NCBI GenBank assembly: GCA_001871445.1
Contig: MNVD01000011.1
Location: 29,382-93,381, forward strand
Length of the DNA: 64,000 nucleotides
Source: Candidatus Magasanikbacteria bacterium CG1_02_41_34
GTDB taxonomy: Bacteria > Patescibacteriota > Patescibacteriia > Magasanikbacterales > UBA922
Reading direction: 5' to 3'
Made by a program: the position numbers and the translations under genes
The notes under the pieces: generated by a model
What the model saw: the letters and a program-made list of their open reading frames with translations, nothing else
The model's database searches: none
Told to the model about the DNA's origin: nothing
Part shown: positions 49,092-57,761 of the stretch, piece after piece
Layout of the letters: the number at the start of each line of letters is the position of its first letter
How positions within the stretch are numbered: position 1 is the first letter of the stretch

Positions 49092-49103
49092 ATAGGAACA
49101 TAT

Positions 49104-50021
49104 ATGTCAACCTATCTCATCACTGGGGGCGCAGGCTTCATTGGAACAAATCTTACAAAGCAGTTATTGGAAGAAGGGCATACTGTTCGCATTATTGATA
49201 ATTATGCAGGAGGTAAAAAGGAAGAACGTATACAAGAAGGAGCAGAATATATAGAAGGAGATATACGTGACTTTGATATGCTCCTTCGTGTAATGGATGG
49301 AGTGGATGGTGTGTTTCACATGGCAGCACTGCCACGAGTAACATTTTCTGTTGAACATCCTTTGGAAACGCATGATGTAAATGTAAATGGTACCCTCAAT
49401 GTCTTTTTGGCGGCAAGAGATGCTGGAGTAAAAAAAGTAGTGTTTTCTTCATCCTCTTCTACATACGGTGATCTCCCAAAAGAAATGTATCCTGTCAAAG
49501 AAGAGGGTGTTGTCAAAATGCCTCTTGCACCATATGCACTGCATAAGTTCATAGGAGAACAATATGCACGTATTTTTTCTTCATTGTATGGTCTCAAAAC
49601 AGTCTCTCTCGTGTATTTCAATGTGTATGGTCCTTATGCTGATCCAAATGGAGCCTATGCGCTCGTGATCGCAAAATTTCTTCAACAAGTAAAAAATGGT
49701 GAGCCGATGACTATTTGTGGTGATGGAGAATATTATCGTGACTACACACATGTATCTGATATTGTACGAGCAAATATTCTTGCCATGACATCAGATACTG
49801 TGGGGAAAGGAGAGACTATCAATATTGGAAATGACAATCCGCATTCAGTCAATGACATTGTGAAGCTTATTGGTGGAGATTCTGTGAATATTGATCCACG
49901 TCCAGGAGACGTTAGGTTTACACAAGCAAACATCACAAAAGCAAAGCAACTCCTTGGGTGGAAGCCTACTGTTGAATTAGTAGATGGGATTGCAGAATTA
50001 AAAAAAGAATGGGAAGTGTAA
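49104..50021 (+). CDS. NAD-dependent nucleotide-sugar epimerase/dehydratase (SDR). It is probably a UDP-hexose or uronate 4-epimerase.
   Basis: 'YLITGGAGFIGTNLTKQLLEEGHTVRIIDN', 'YALHKF' (the YxxxK motif), '...SSSTYGD'. Confidence 0.8.
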   Translation: MSTYLITGGAGFIGTNLTKQLLEEGHTVRIIDNYAGGKKEERIQEGAEYIEGDIRDFDMLLRVMDGVDGVFHMAALPRVTFSVEHPLETHDVNVNGTLNVFLAARDAGVKKVVFSSSSSTYGDLPKEMYPVKEEGVVKMPLAPYALHKFIGEQYARIFSSLYGLKTVSLVYFNVYGPYADPNGAYALVIAKFLQQVKNGEPMTICGDGEYYRDYTHVSDIVRANILAMTSDTVGKGETINIGNDNPHSVNDIVKLIGGDSVNIDPRPGDVRFTQANITKAKQLLGWKPTVELVDGIAELKKEWEV

Positions 50022-50041
50022 AAAATATGTTATGCCTATGT

Positions 50042-50069
50042 TAAAATATACACTTACGTGTATATTTTT
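50042..50069 (+). terminator. AT-rich hairpin followed by a T-run, ending the long plus-strand operon
   Basis: 'aaaatatacac ttac gtgtatatttt' followed by 'tttt'. The stem has few G/C pairs, so confidence is moderate. Confidence 0.45.
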
Positions 50070-50339
50070 TTGGATTATCCTATAAATATGGTTTTCAATT
50101 TCTTTTCTCTGTTTTTTAAGAATGTATTTTTCTTAATAAAGAAAAGAAGTAATTTTTGTTGAATAAACACAATAAAGACTGAAATACAAATTATAATTAT
50201 ATATTTTATAAAAATATAATCAAATTCTTTAAAATGTAAGAAAAGTGTGATAGGAATATGCCATAGATATATCCATAGTGTCGATGAGCCAATAAAATGG
50301 AAAATTTCGGTGTGTCATATGTATGGGTGTGGTATTTAT

Positions 50340-51731
50340 TTACTGTCCCATCCCACGCATCACAACATTGACCGTTTTCAAGAGAATAGACAGATCGAGT
50401 AATATTGATCTGTTTTTTATATAATATAAATCGTACTGCAGTTTTTGCAGAGACTGTTCGAGTGTATCTGTATAGTGTTGATTAACTTGTGCCCAGCCGG
50501 TGATACCAGGTTTTACCAGGTGGCGAACTTGATAGTATGGCATTCTACTTTCTAATTGGCTCACAATCTCTGGCCGTTCTGGACGCGGTCCAATAATACT
50601 AATATCTCCTCTGATTAAATTAATCGCTTGTGGAAGTTCGTCAATGCGAGATTTTCTCAAAAATCTGCCAACATGAGTTACACGCGAATCATTTTTTGTG
50701 GCAAACTGTACTCCTTCGGTTTCTGCACTGCCGTCTGGTGCCAATGCATACATGGAACGAAATTTGAACAACTGAAAGGTCGTAGCTGACATTCCTACTC
50801 GTTCTTGACGAAAAATAACAGGGCCTTTTGATTCAATACGTATTGCAAGTGCAATGGCTGGGTAGAGGATAAAAAAACAAAGGAGCATTAACAGACCTAG
50901 TACAACATCAAACATTCTTCGGACACGACCGTAGACAGGATGGACACTTTGTTGCAAGTGATCCAAAAACCAATGTTCTGAAAAAATATACGGTGGGATG
51001 CGACCGGTGATAGATTCGTAGAGCGAGGCAAGGCTTAAAATATGCGTTTGCCAAAAGAGTAATTCATACAATTCTTGAACTATGGATGTATCATTCTTGA
51101 TATTGTGTGCCACCACTACTGTGTCAATTGTATGTACGGATACAGAGGGACGGATTGCTTTTAGAGATTCATAAAAAGTTGTATTTGGGTATTTGCTTTT
51201 ATCGATATCTTTTGGTCCTGCAATCCATGCTGCAAGTGCATAGCCACGTTCTGGCATGTCATAAATAAGATCTGCAAGTTCAGTCATTTCTTCCATATCT
51301 CCAATAAATAGAACTGGAGAGATCAGTGTTTTTGTTGCGACAAGCGAAGAAAAGATTATTCGCCAGATTGCTACAAAAGAATATCCAGCCATGATACTCA
51401 AGAGAAGTACTGTCTTTGGAGAAATAATTTTCTGTGGCAGGAGATAAAAGAACATGACGCCCATAATGATATTGACCACACTTGCTTGGAGCATACGCGA
51501 AAACAGGACCGAACGATGCTTGTGCCGTGCCAACTCATACAGGCCATTGATATAATTTATAACGACCCAGATGCCTATAAGAATGGCAAACAGTGGTAAA
51601 GTCGTCTCCAATTCATGTACTGAAGGAAGACGAAGATTTCGGAGTGACATGCCAGCAAGGACGCCCAAAAAAAGACAAAGGATATCTCCCAAGAGAAGAA
51701 TAAGTTGTTTTGCGCGATATCTACTATTCAT
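50340..51731 (-). CDS. Polyprenyl-phosphate glycosyl-1-phosphate transferase. It is the initiating sugar transferase of the WbaP/WcaJ/PglC family.
   Basis: Five N-terminal TM helices. The C-terminal catalytic domain reads 'RPLESKGPVIFRQERVGMSATTFQLFKFRSM...KNDSRVTHVGRFLRKSRIDELPQAINLIRGDISIIGPRPERP'. The ATG at 51731 is preferred. The ORF-track start at 51890 would overlap the divergent gene. Confidence 0.8.
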   Translation of the reverse strand: MNSRYRAKQLILLLGDILCLFLGVLAGMSLRNLRLPSVHELETTLPLFAILIGIWVVINYINGLYELARHKHRSVLFSRMLQASVVNIIMGVMFFYLLPQKIISPKTVLLLSIMAGYSFVAIWRIIFSSLVATKTLISPVLFIGDMEEMTELADLIYDMPERGYALAAWIAGPKDIDKSKYPNTTFYESLKAIRPSVSVHTIDTVVVAHNIKNDTSIVQELYELLFWQTHILSLASLYESITGRIPPYIFSEHWFLDHLQQSVHPVYGRVRRMFDVVLGLLMLLCFFILYPAIALAIRIESKGPVIFRQERVGMSATTFQLFKFRSMYALAPDGSAETEGVQFATKNDSRVTHVGRFLRKSRIDELPQAINLIRGDISIIGPRPERPEIVSQLESRMPYYQVRHLVKPGITGWAQVNQHYTDTLEQSLQKLQYDLYYIKNRSILLDLSILLKTVNVVMRGMGQ

Positions 51732-51799
51732 ATTGGTATGAAACAATTGCTCCAGAAATGAAAATATAGTATACTGAAGAGTACATAAAGTATAGCTAT

Positions 51800-53329
51800 A
51801 TGAAGCGAAAAAATCAAGCTTCACTTCTTGCCACAATTGGGTGTCTTTTGGTATCTGTGTTGTATATGACAGATACGCGTGCTGCAACAAAAGAAATTGT
51901 GATTAATGACGACGATACGCAGACGGCAAGTAGAGACGTGGTTTTGGAATTCAATGCACCGACAGGCGTTACTTTGATGCGTGTTTCTGAATCATATTCA
52001 CCTGCAGCAATATCATGGTCACCGTATCGAAAAAAGATTGCATGGACCCTGTCTCGAAATGAAGGGGCGAAGACGGTGTATGTACAGTTTCGGTATAGAG
52101 ATGGTAGTACTACTGAGATTTATAAAGATGCTATCGCTCTCGTTGCTTCTGATGATACTGATCCGCAAAAGGTTGTAATCAATGGCGGTGAAACATCTAC
52201 GAAATCACGAAAGGTTACCCTTTCTCTCACCTATAACAAAGATACAGAAGATATTTTTATTAGCAATACACGAGAGTTTGCTGCATTCAATAGGTATGAA
52301 CCAACCGCAAAGATCGAGTGGACATTGGCAACGGGTGGTGGAGAAAAAACAGTATATGTACAATTTATGAAAGCCAATGATGATTATCAAACCGTACAAG
52401 ATACCATTGACTACGAAGAACAACCAAATGAAATTCCCGGAGGCACTGTTGTACAATCTCCAGATTCGCAGATGTATTATCTTGGATTTGATGGACAAAT
52501 ACATCCGTTTTTACATGCCTCCGTGTTTCATTCTTGGTTTGACAGTATCTCTGATGCAAAGATACAGACCGTCACCAATGTTGAATTGAGACAATATCAA
52601 GTTGGCAAATCTGTCTGTATCCGTGGTGGTACATGGTTGGTCAAGTTTGGCAATTTGTCACAGATCTATGCCTCTGAACTTGGGTGTAGACTGGTTCCCT
52701 TATTGTCCGATGTTGAAGCACAATTGATATACGGAGAACAGTGGAGAAAACGTATTGTAGTACTCAGTGAAATTGAAATCGCAAACTATACGATCCTGGA
52801 TCGAGGTGTAGAAGACAAAGACAACAAAATTGTTGATAAAGATAAGGATGGTGTAGATGCTCTCACTGAAGATTTGTATGGAAGTAATGATCGATTGCCC
52901 GACAGCGATGGGGATGGACTTACTGATGTAGAAGAAATAGCGGTGTGGTTTACTGACCCTATCGACAGTGATACTGACAATGATGGTGTGCGAGACAAGG
53001 AACAGGTACTCACAGAGTTTCTCCCTTCGATCAAAGAAAAAAAAGAACGTATAGGCACGGGTATCTATCAGTATCCAGGTGGTCTCCTCATTCTTTCACA
53101 GGATGACGGCAAATATTATATGAGCCACGTCGATGGTTTTACCTATTACATGTCACGACGGACTTCTGACAATATATTTACATCAAATAATTTTGATACA
53201 ACGTTTATCGTACCATCATCATCGCAACTTTCATTTACTGTTCGCACTCGTTGGTATGTGGAAGCCAATGCTGATGTCCTCAAGTATCCTTCATTAATAA
53301 CAAAATTAGGAAATTTGTATGCACTATAA
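51800..53329 (+). CDS. Secreted repeat protein with thrombospondin-type-3-like Ca-binding Asp-rich repeats
   Basis: Signal peptide 'LLATIGCLLVSVLYMTDTRAA'. Two tandem ~90-aa repeats are present: 'VINDDDTQTASRDVVLEF...ISWSPYRKKIAWTLSRNEGAKTVYVQF' and 'VINGGETSTKSRKVTLSL...TAKIEWTLATGGGEKTVYVQF'. The Asp-rich stretch is 'DKDKDGVDALTEDLYGSNDRLPDSDGDGLTDVEEIAVWFTDPIDSDTDNDGVRD'. Confidence 0.5.
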   Translation: MKRKNQASLLATIGCLLVSVLYMTDTRAATKEIVINDDDTQTASRDVVLEFNAPTGVTLMRVSESYSPAAISWSPYRKKIAWTLSRNEGAKTVYVQFRYRDGSTTEIYKDAIALVASDDTDPQKVVINGGETSTKSRKVTLSLTYNKDTEDIFISNTREFAAFNRYEPTAKIEWTLATGGGEKTVYVQFMKANDDYQTVQDTIDYEEQPNEIPGGTVVQSPDSQMYYLGFDGQIHPFLHASVFHSWFDSISDAKIQTVTNVELRQYQVGKSVCIRGGTWLVKFGNLSQIYASELGCRLVPLLSDVEAQLIYGEQWRKRIVVLSEIEIANYTILDRGVEDKDNKIVDKDKDGVDALTEDLYGSNDRLPDSDGDGLTDVEEIAVWFTDPIDSDTDNDGVRDKEQVLTEFLPSIKEKKERIGTGIYQYPGGLLILSQDDGKYYMSHVDGFTYYMSRRTSDNIFTSNNFDTTFIVPSSSQLSFTVRTRWYVEANADVLKYPSLITKLGNLYAL

Positions 53330-55304
53330 AAAAACTTTTTTGTTATACATCGGGGGTTTTTTGACGGTATTATGTTTGCCTATGTTTGTATACGCCGTAA
53401 ATGACCCTCTCTCACAACAGTGGGCGTTCAATGATACTGGTGTGTATACTGCGTGGGTAAAAACGCAAGGATCACGTGATGTAATTGTGGCAATTATTGA
53501 CAATGGGTTTGATATGCTGCATCCAGATCTTTTGGGAAATGCTTGGCAAAATACTGATGAAGTAGCAAATAACGGTATTGATGATGATAATAATGGGTAT
53601 GTCGATGATGTTTGGGGATGGAGTTTTATTCCAGAAGATGTCGATGGTAATGGTATATTCAGTGATCGAGAATTGCTTGGTACAAATAATCCACGCCCAC
53701 GCCCAGAAGGTCTGACTGATATCGAAAAGCAAGAAGGTATATTGCACCACGGTACCGTAGTAGCAGGTCTTATCGGTGCTGTAGGAAATAATGGCAAAGG
53801 GCTTTCCGGTGTCGCCCAACAAGTACGACTTATGAATGTCCGAGTGGTGGATGAATCAGGACAGGGGACATTCAATATGCTCGATGAAGCAATCCGGTAT
53901 GCAGTAGATAATGGTGCGTCTGTGATCAATATGAGTTTGGTGGGTCCTGGTAATGAAGATATCAAGTCAGCAATTGAGTATGCCTACAAAAAAGGTGTGG
54001 TCGTAATAGCCGCAGCAGGAAATAATCGTCAAGATTTGAATCTTTCACCTCTGTATCCACTCTGTGAAGATGTTGGACTTGCAGAACAACATATTCTTGG
54101 TGTGAGTTCTATTGACGAAGAACATCATATCAGCTCTTTTTCAAATCAAGGATATACGTGTATTGATATTACGGCGCCAGGAGATGACGTCACTTCAACT
54201 GTTAGATTTTCCCCAACAAATGGTTTGTTTGATCAATATCTGGGTGGTTGGCATGGGACATCTTTTGCTGCGCCACTTGTTAGCGGTGCGGCAGCGCTTA
54301 TCAAAGCAATTCAACCATCGTGGGGGCCAAAAGAAATTTATGAGGCATTGCTGTCTACTGTTCACCGTACGGCTGGACAGGATGATGCTGTATATCAAGA
54401 ACTTTTTGGTGCAGGGCTTTTGCAAGTAGACAAGGCTGTTGCCTACGCACTTGAACGAGTGACAGCAAATAAAGATTTTCGAGATATTTTGTTTGTCTCG
54501 GCTCAGACGGGGATATCTGACAACTCTACAGAAGGAAAACCCTCCACTGTCTATGCCAAGGCTCTGCAAGATATTGATGATGTCGCAAATTATGCGATTG
54601 ACGGACAGTCTGGCTTTATTACAGTACAAAAAAAAAGTAATACAGAGCGTTTGATTACCAGATACACAGGAGACTGGGAGTTTGTCGGTTCGTTTACCAT
54701 ATTAGCATCTGGTCCGTTGCATATTGCGTCATTTGATAATACCTTGTTTGTTTCGCCAGACTATCCAGACACCATTCTTTTTTCTGCATATTCATTCGCT
54801 GGCTCGTTGTTGTCGCAATACAATTTGCCACACAAGCATAGTGGTGTCTCCCTTGCTGTGTCTGATAGTGGAGTGCTATATACATATTCGGCGCAACCTA
54901 CGTTGACCGTACAGCATTTTGATGCGCCGTTTACACAGGAGACATCTCACTTTACCGTGCAGAGCTTGGTAAAGAGAGGAAGTATCGTTGCTGCAGATAT
55001 CGATGGGGATCATGTAGAAGAAATTGCTCTTGGTGGTGCAGTAGGAGATCGACCTCTCATGAGTTACTACGAACATGATGGAACGTACAAACGAACATTT
55101 AGTGCATATGATTCATATGTAGGTGGTTTTTCATTGAGATTTGTAGATTATGATCGTGATGGCAAAGATGGCATTATAACAATTCCTTTTAACAATAGTG
55201 AACCTGTGCGTATCTGGACAAACAAATCAAAAAAAATTGCAGAATGGCAAACATTTTCTTCATCTCGAATTGTTGATCAAATTGCAACGGTTCGATTTTT
55301 CTAA
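53319..55304 (+). CDS. Secreted subtilisin-like (S8) serine protease with a C-terminal FG-GAP/VCBS-like repeat domain
   Basis: Signal peptide 'FLLYIGGFLTVLCLPMFVYA'. The Asp region is 'VAIIDNGFD'. The His region is 'HHGTVVAGLIGAVGNNGKGLSGVA'. The Ser motif is 'GTSFAAPLVSGAAALI'. The C-terminus carries 'AADIDGDHVEEIALGG' and 'DYDRDGKDGIITIP'. It overlaps the upstream gene by 11 nt. Confidence 0.8.
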   Translation: MHYKKTFLLYIGGFLTVLCLPMFVYAVNDPLSQQWAFNDTGVYTAWVKTQGSRDVIVAIIDNGFDMLHPDLLGNAWQNTDEVANNGIDDDNNGYVDDVWGWSFIPEDVDGNGIFSDRELLGTNNPRPRPEGLTDIEKQEGILHHGTVVAGLIGAVGNNGKGLSGVAQQVRLMNVRVVDESGQGTFNMLDEAIRYAVDNGASVINMSLVGPGNEDIKSAIEYAYKKGVVVIAAAGNNRQDLNLSPLYPLCEDVGLAEQHILGVSSIDEEHHISSFSNQGYTCIDITAPGDDVTSTVRFSPTNGLFDQYLGGWHGTSFAAPLVSGAAALIKAIQPSWGPKEIYEALLSTVHRTAGQDDAVYQELFGAGLLQVDKAVAYALERVTANKDFRDILFVSAQTGISDNSTEGKPSTVYAKALQDIDDVANYAIDGQSGFITVQKKSNTERLITRYTGDWEFVGSFTILASGPLHIASFDNTLFVSPDYPDTILFSAYSFAGSLLSQYNLPHKHSGVSLAVSDSGVLYTYSAQPTLTVQHFDAPFTQETSHFTVQSLVKRGSIVAADIDGDHVEEIALGGAVGDRPLMSYYEHDGTYKRTFSAYDSYVGGFSLRFVDYDRDGKDGIITIPFNNSEPVRIWTNKSKKIAEWQTFSSSRIVDQIATVRFF

Positions 55305-55313
55305 CCTGTCACT

Positions 55314-56342
55314 ATGAACGACAATCATCCTATCTTTGAGAAAAAAAATGTGCTTGTTACTGGTGGTGCTGGTTTTCTTGGAGCGCATCTGTGTGAGCGA
55401 CTCTTGAAAGAGGCAAAAGTCATTTGTGTGGATGACTTGTCAAATTCAACAATCCAAAACATTGATCATCTTTTGCAGTATCCTGATTTTGAATTTATCA
55501 AGTATGATGCAACCCATCATCTTGATCTCAGTGAATTTCCAGAACTTGATAAATTTGGCATCAAATTTCAGGGTATTCAGGAAGTTTATCATCTTGCATG
55601 TCCAACAAGCCCTAAAAATTTTCAGAATTTAAAATTGCATTCACTTCATGCAAATTCACGAGCCATGCTTTCAACACTTGATCTCGCAGTAAAATATAGA
55701 GCAAAATATTTGTTTACGTCTAGCTCCGTGGTATATGGAGCACCAGAAGCCAGAGAATTTTTTCATGAAGAAGATGAAGGTATTGTAAATCATCTTTCCC
55801 CACGCGCATGCTATGATGAAGGAAAACGATTTGCAGAGACCTGCGTAGAGACCTATCGACAAGTGCATGGCATCGATACCAAAATTGCTCGTGTGTTTAC
55901 TACGTATGGTCCGCGTATGAAATTGCGTGACGGACTTCTTATTCCTGATTTTATTTTGGATGCATTGGTGGGAAGAGATTTAGTTATTTATGGAAATGAA
56001 GATTTGGTACAGTCACTCTGTTATATTTCAGATATGGTTGATGGTCTTGTCCGTCTTATGCATGCTGGTCCAGAAGTTCCCATTGTCAATTTGGGTATTG
56101 ACGAGCCGATGAAGATGGTGGATGTTGCGAATAAGATTATTGCTATGACAGGATCGTTGTCACGAGTAAAATTTGAGGAACCACTCGAATTTCTGACAAA
56201 AAAAGGATTGCCAGATCTGACAAAGGCAAAAGAAGAGCTTGGTTGGATTCCTCTCGTGCGTCTGGATGAGGGGCTCCGAAAAACAATTGACTATACAATT
56301 GCAAATAAGGAAATGCTTGATTTGTCCCGCCAGCGGATGTAA
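55314..56342 (+). CDS. UDP-glucuronate decarboxylase (UXS)-like NAD-dependent epimerase/dehydratase
   Basis: 'KNVLVTGGAGFLGAHLCERLLKEAKVICVDDLSNSTIQNIDHLLQYPDFEFIKYDATHH' shows the UXS/ArnA-C-type layout. 'YDEGKRFAE' is the YxxxK motif. Confidence 0.7.
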   Translation: MNDNHPIFEKKNVLVTGGAGFLGAHLCERLLKEAKVICVDDLSNSTIQNIDHLLQYPDFEFIKYDATHHLDLSEFPELDKFGIKFQGIQEVYHLACPTSPKNFQNLKLHSLHANSRAMLSTLDLAVKYRAKYLFTSSSVVYGAPEAREFFHEEDEGIVNHLSPRACYDEGKRFAETCVETYRQVHGIDTKIARVFTTYGPRMKLRDGLLIPDFILDALVGRDLVIYGNEDLVQSLCYISDMVDGLVRLMHAGPEVPIVNLGIDEPMKMVDVANKIIAMTGSLSRVKFEEPLEFLTKKGLPDLTKAKEELGWIPLVRLDEGLRKTIDYTIANKEMLDLSRQRM

Positions 56343-56354
56343 GGTAGTGCCACT

Positions 56355-57020
56355 ATGTTTTTGGCTATTGTCCCGGCATACAATGAATCTGATCGCGTAG
56401 GATCCGTCGTCCGGAGTCTTCTTTCGTATGTGGATACCGTACTGGTCGTAGATGATGGATCAACTGATACTACTGCTAAGATCGCTAGACAGGCGGGTGC
56501 AACGGTACTTTCTCATAGGCTCAATAGGGGGCAGGGGGCTGCACTGGAAACAGGACATGCCTATGCAAGAAAGATAGGGGCAACACACGTCCTCCATTTT
56601 GATGCTGATGGACAATTTTCTGTCGGAGATATTATCCCTGCACGCGAGGCAATGAAACAAGCCAAGGCAGACGTAGTATTCGGTTCGCGATATGCAACAG
56701 AGAAACACAACCTACGTGTTCCATGGACAAAACGTGTTTTACTCCGTCCCATTGGAAAAATTGTTGATCGACTTTTTGGTGGTGTGCATTTGTCTGATGC
56801 ACACAATGGCTTTCGTATCCTTAATAAAAAAGCGTTAGAGTGTATTCATCTTTCCCACTCTGGTATGGCGCACGCAAGTGAAGTCCCTGCATTGGTAAAA
56901 AAATATGGTCTTAGATACATTGAAGTTCCTGTGTCAGTCACGTACCATGAATATGGACAGGGAGTTAGTGGTGGCATTCGTGTGGTGAGGGATTTAGTTT
57001 TAGGAAAATTTAGTAAGTAA
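56355..57020 (+). CDS. Small GT2-family glycosyltransferase. It resembles a polyprenyl-P sugar synthase but has no TM anchor.
   Basis: 'FLAIVPAYNESDRVGSVVRSLLSYVDTVLVVDDGSTDTT...RLNRGQGAALETG', '...HFDADGQF'. Confidence 0.7.
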   Translation: MFLAIVPAYNESDRVGSVVRSLLSYVDTVLVVDDGSTDTTAKIARQAGATVLSHRLNRGQGAALETGHAYARKIGATHVLHFDADGQFSVGDIIPAREAMKQAKADVVFGSRYATEKHNLRVPWTKRVLLRPIGKIVDRLFGGVHLSDAHNGFRILNKKALECIHLSHSGMAHASEVPALVKKYGLRYIEVPVSVTYHEYGQGVSGGIRVVRDLVLGKFSK

Positions 57021-57040
57021 CGTATTAGTAATTTTTATAT

Positions 57041-57370
57041 ATGATCATCTTTCAATTTTTGTTTATTCTGTTTTCACTTTTTGCCATTATCACTGTCATA
57101 AAGCGAAAAAAAGATGCAGTCATGTCAAATGTAGGAACGACCTTTTGGATTATCTTTTGGATGTTGACAGATGTTGTAGTGTTGTTTCCGGATAGTACCA
57201 CACTCTTTGCAAATAGATTGGGTATTGGACGTGGATCAGACTTGATTACGTATGTGTCACTTGCGATCGTTTTTTTTGTTCTTTTTCGTCTACATGTAAA
57301 ACTTCATGAAATTGAGCGAGATATTACGAGCGTTGTGAGAAAAGATGCATTGAAAGATGTAGACGTATAA
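57041..57370 (+). CDS. DUF2304-like small membrane protein (commonly paired with GT2 genes)
   Basis: 109 aa with 3 TM helices: 'IIFQFLFILFSLFAIITVI', 'FWIIFWMLTDVVVLF' and 'LITYVSLAIVFFVLF'. It lies directly downstream of the GT2 gene. Confidence 0.4.
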   Translation: MIIFQFLFILFSLFAIITVIKRKKDAVMSNVGTTFWIIFWMLTDVVVLFPDSTTLFANRLGIGRGSDLITYVSLAIVFFVLFRLHVKLHEIERDITSVVRKDALKDVDV

Positions 57371-57371
57371 T

Positions 57372-57734
57372 ATGGGTATTCAAGTAGAATTCAATCCAGA
57401 CCTCGCCTTGCGACATATCAATGAATTTGAAGCTGGAAGACGAAAGGAAGCCGAGTGTATACCAGCTACGTTACAAGAAGGAGAAGCATATCTTTTTCTG
57501 AAACAGGGACAACGAAATTATTGGCTTGAAGGAGAAATTCCACTTTTGGAAACAAAAGGAAATGGGGAACTTTCTCTTCCACTTGCCAGTATTCAAATAG
57601 AAGAGGCCACGCATATCATGAAGGACAGTATACTTTGGACACATGGAACATATCGAGTAAAGGAAGTATTTTATGATAAAGATGTACATTTCAATGGTTT
57701 TACAAAAGTACATTCTTCTGCATCCCAAACCTAG
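57372..57734 (+). CDS. Hypothetical protein
   Basis: A 120-aa ORF in an operon position between DUF2304 and GT4. No motif was recognised. Confidence 0.25.
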   Translation: MGIQVEFNPDLALRHINEFEAGRRKEAECIPATLQEGEAYLFLKQGQRNYWLEGEIPLLETKGNGELSLPLASIQIEEATHIMKDSILWTHGTYRVKEVFYDKDVHFNGFTKVHSSASQT

Positions 57735-57761
57735 AATCTAGAATTAAGAATTTCTTCATTT

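Noticed and set aside
53324-53965. 213-aa minus-strand ORF (Ser/Pro-rich) inside the S8 protease gene
   Set aside because: It is antisense to a well-supported subtilase with its catalytic triad intact. It is low-complexity and has no motifs.
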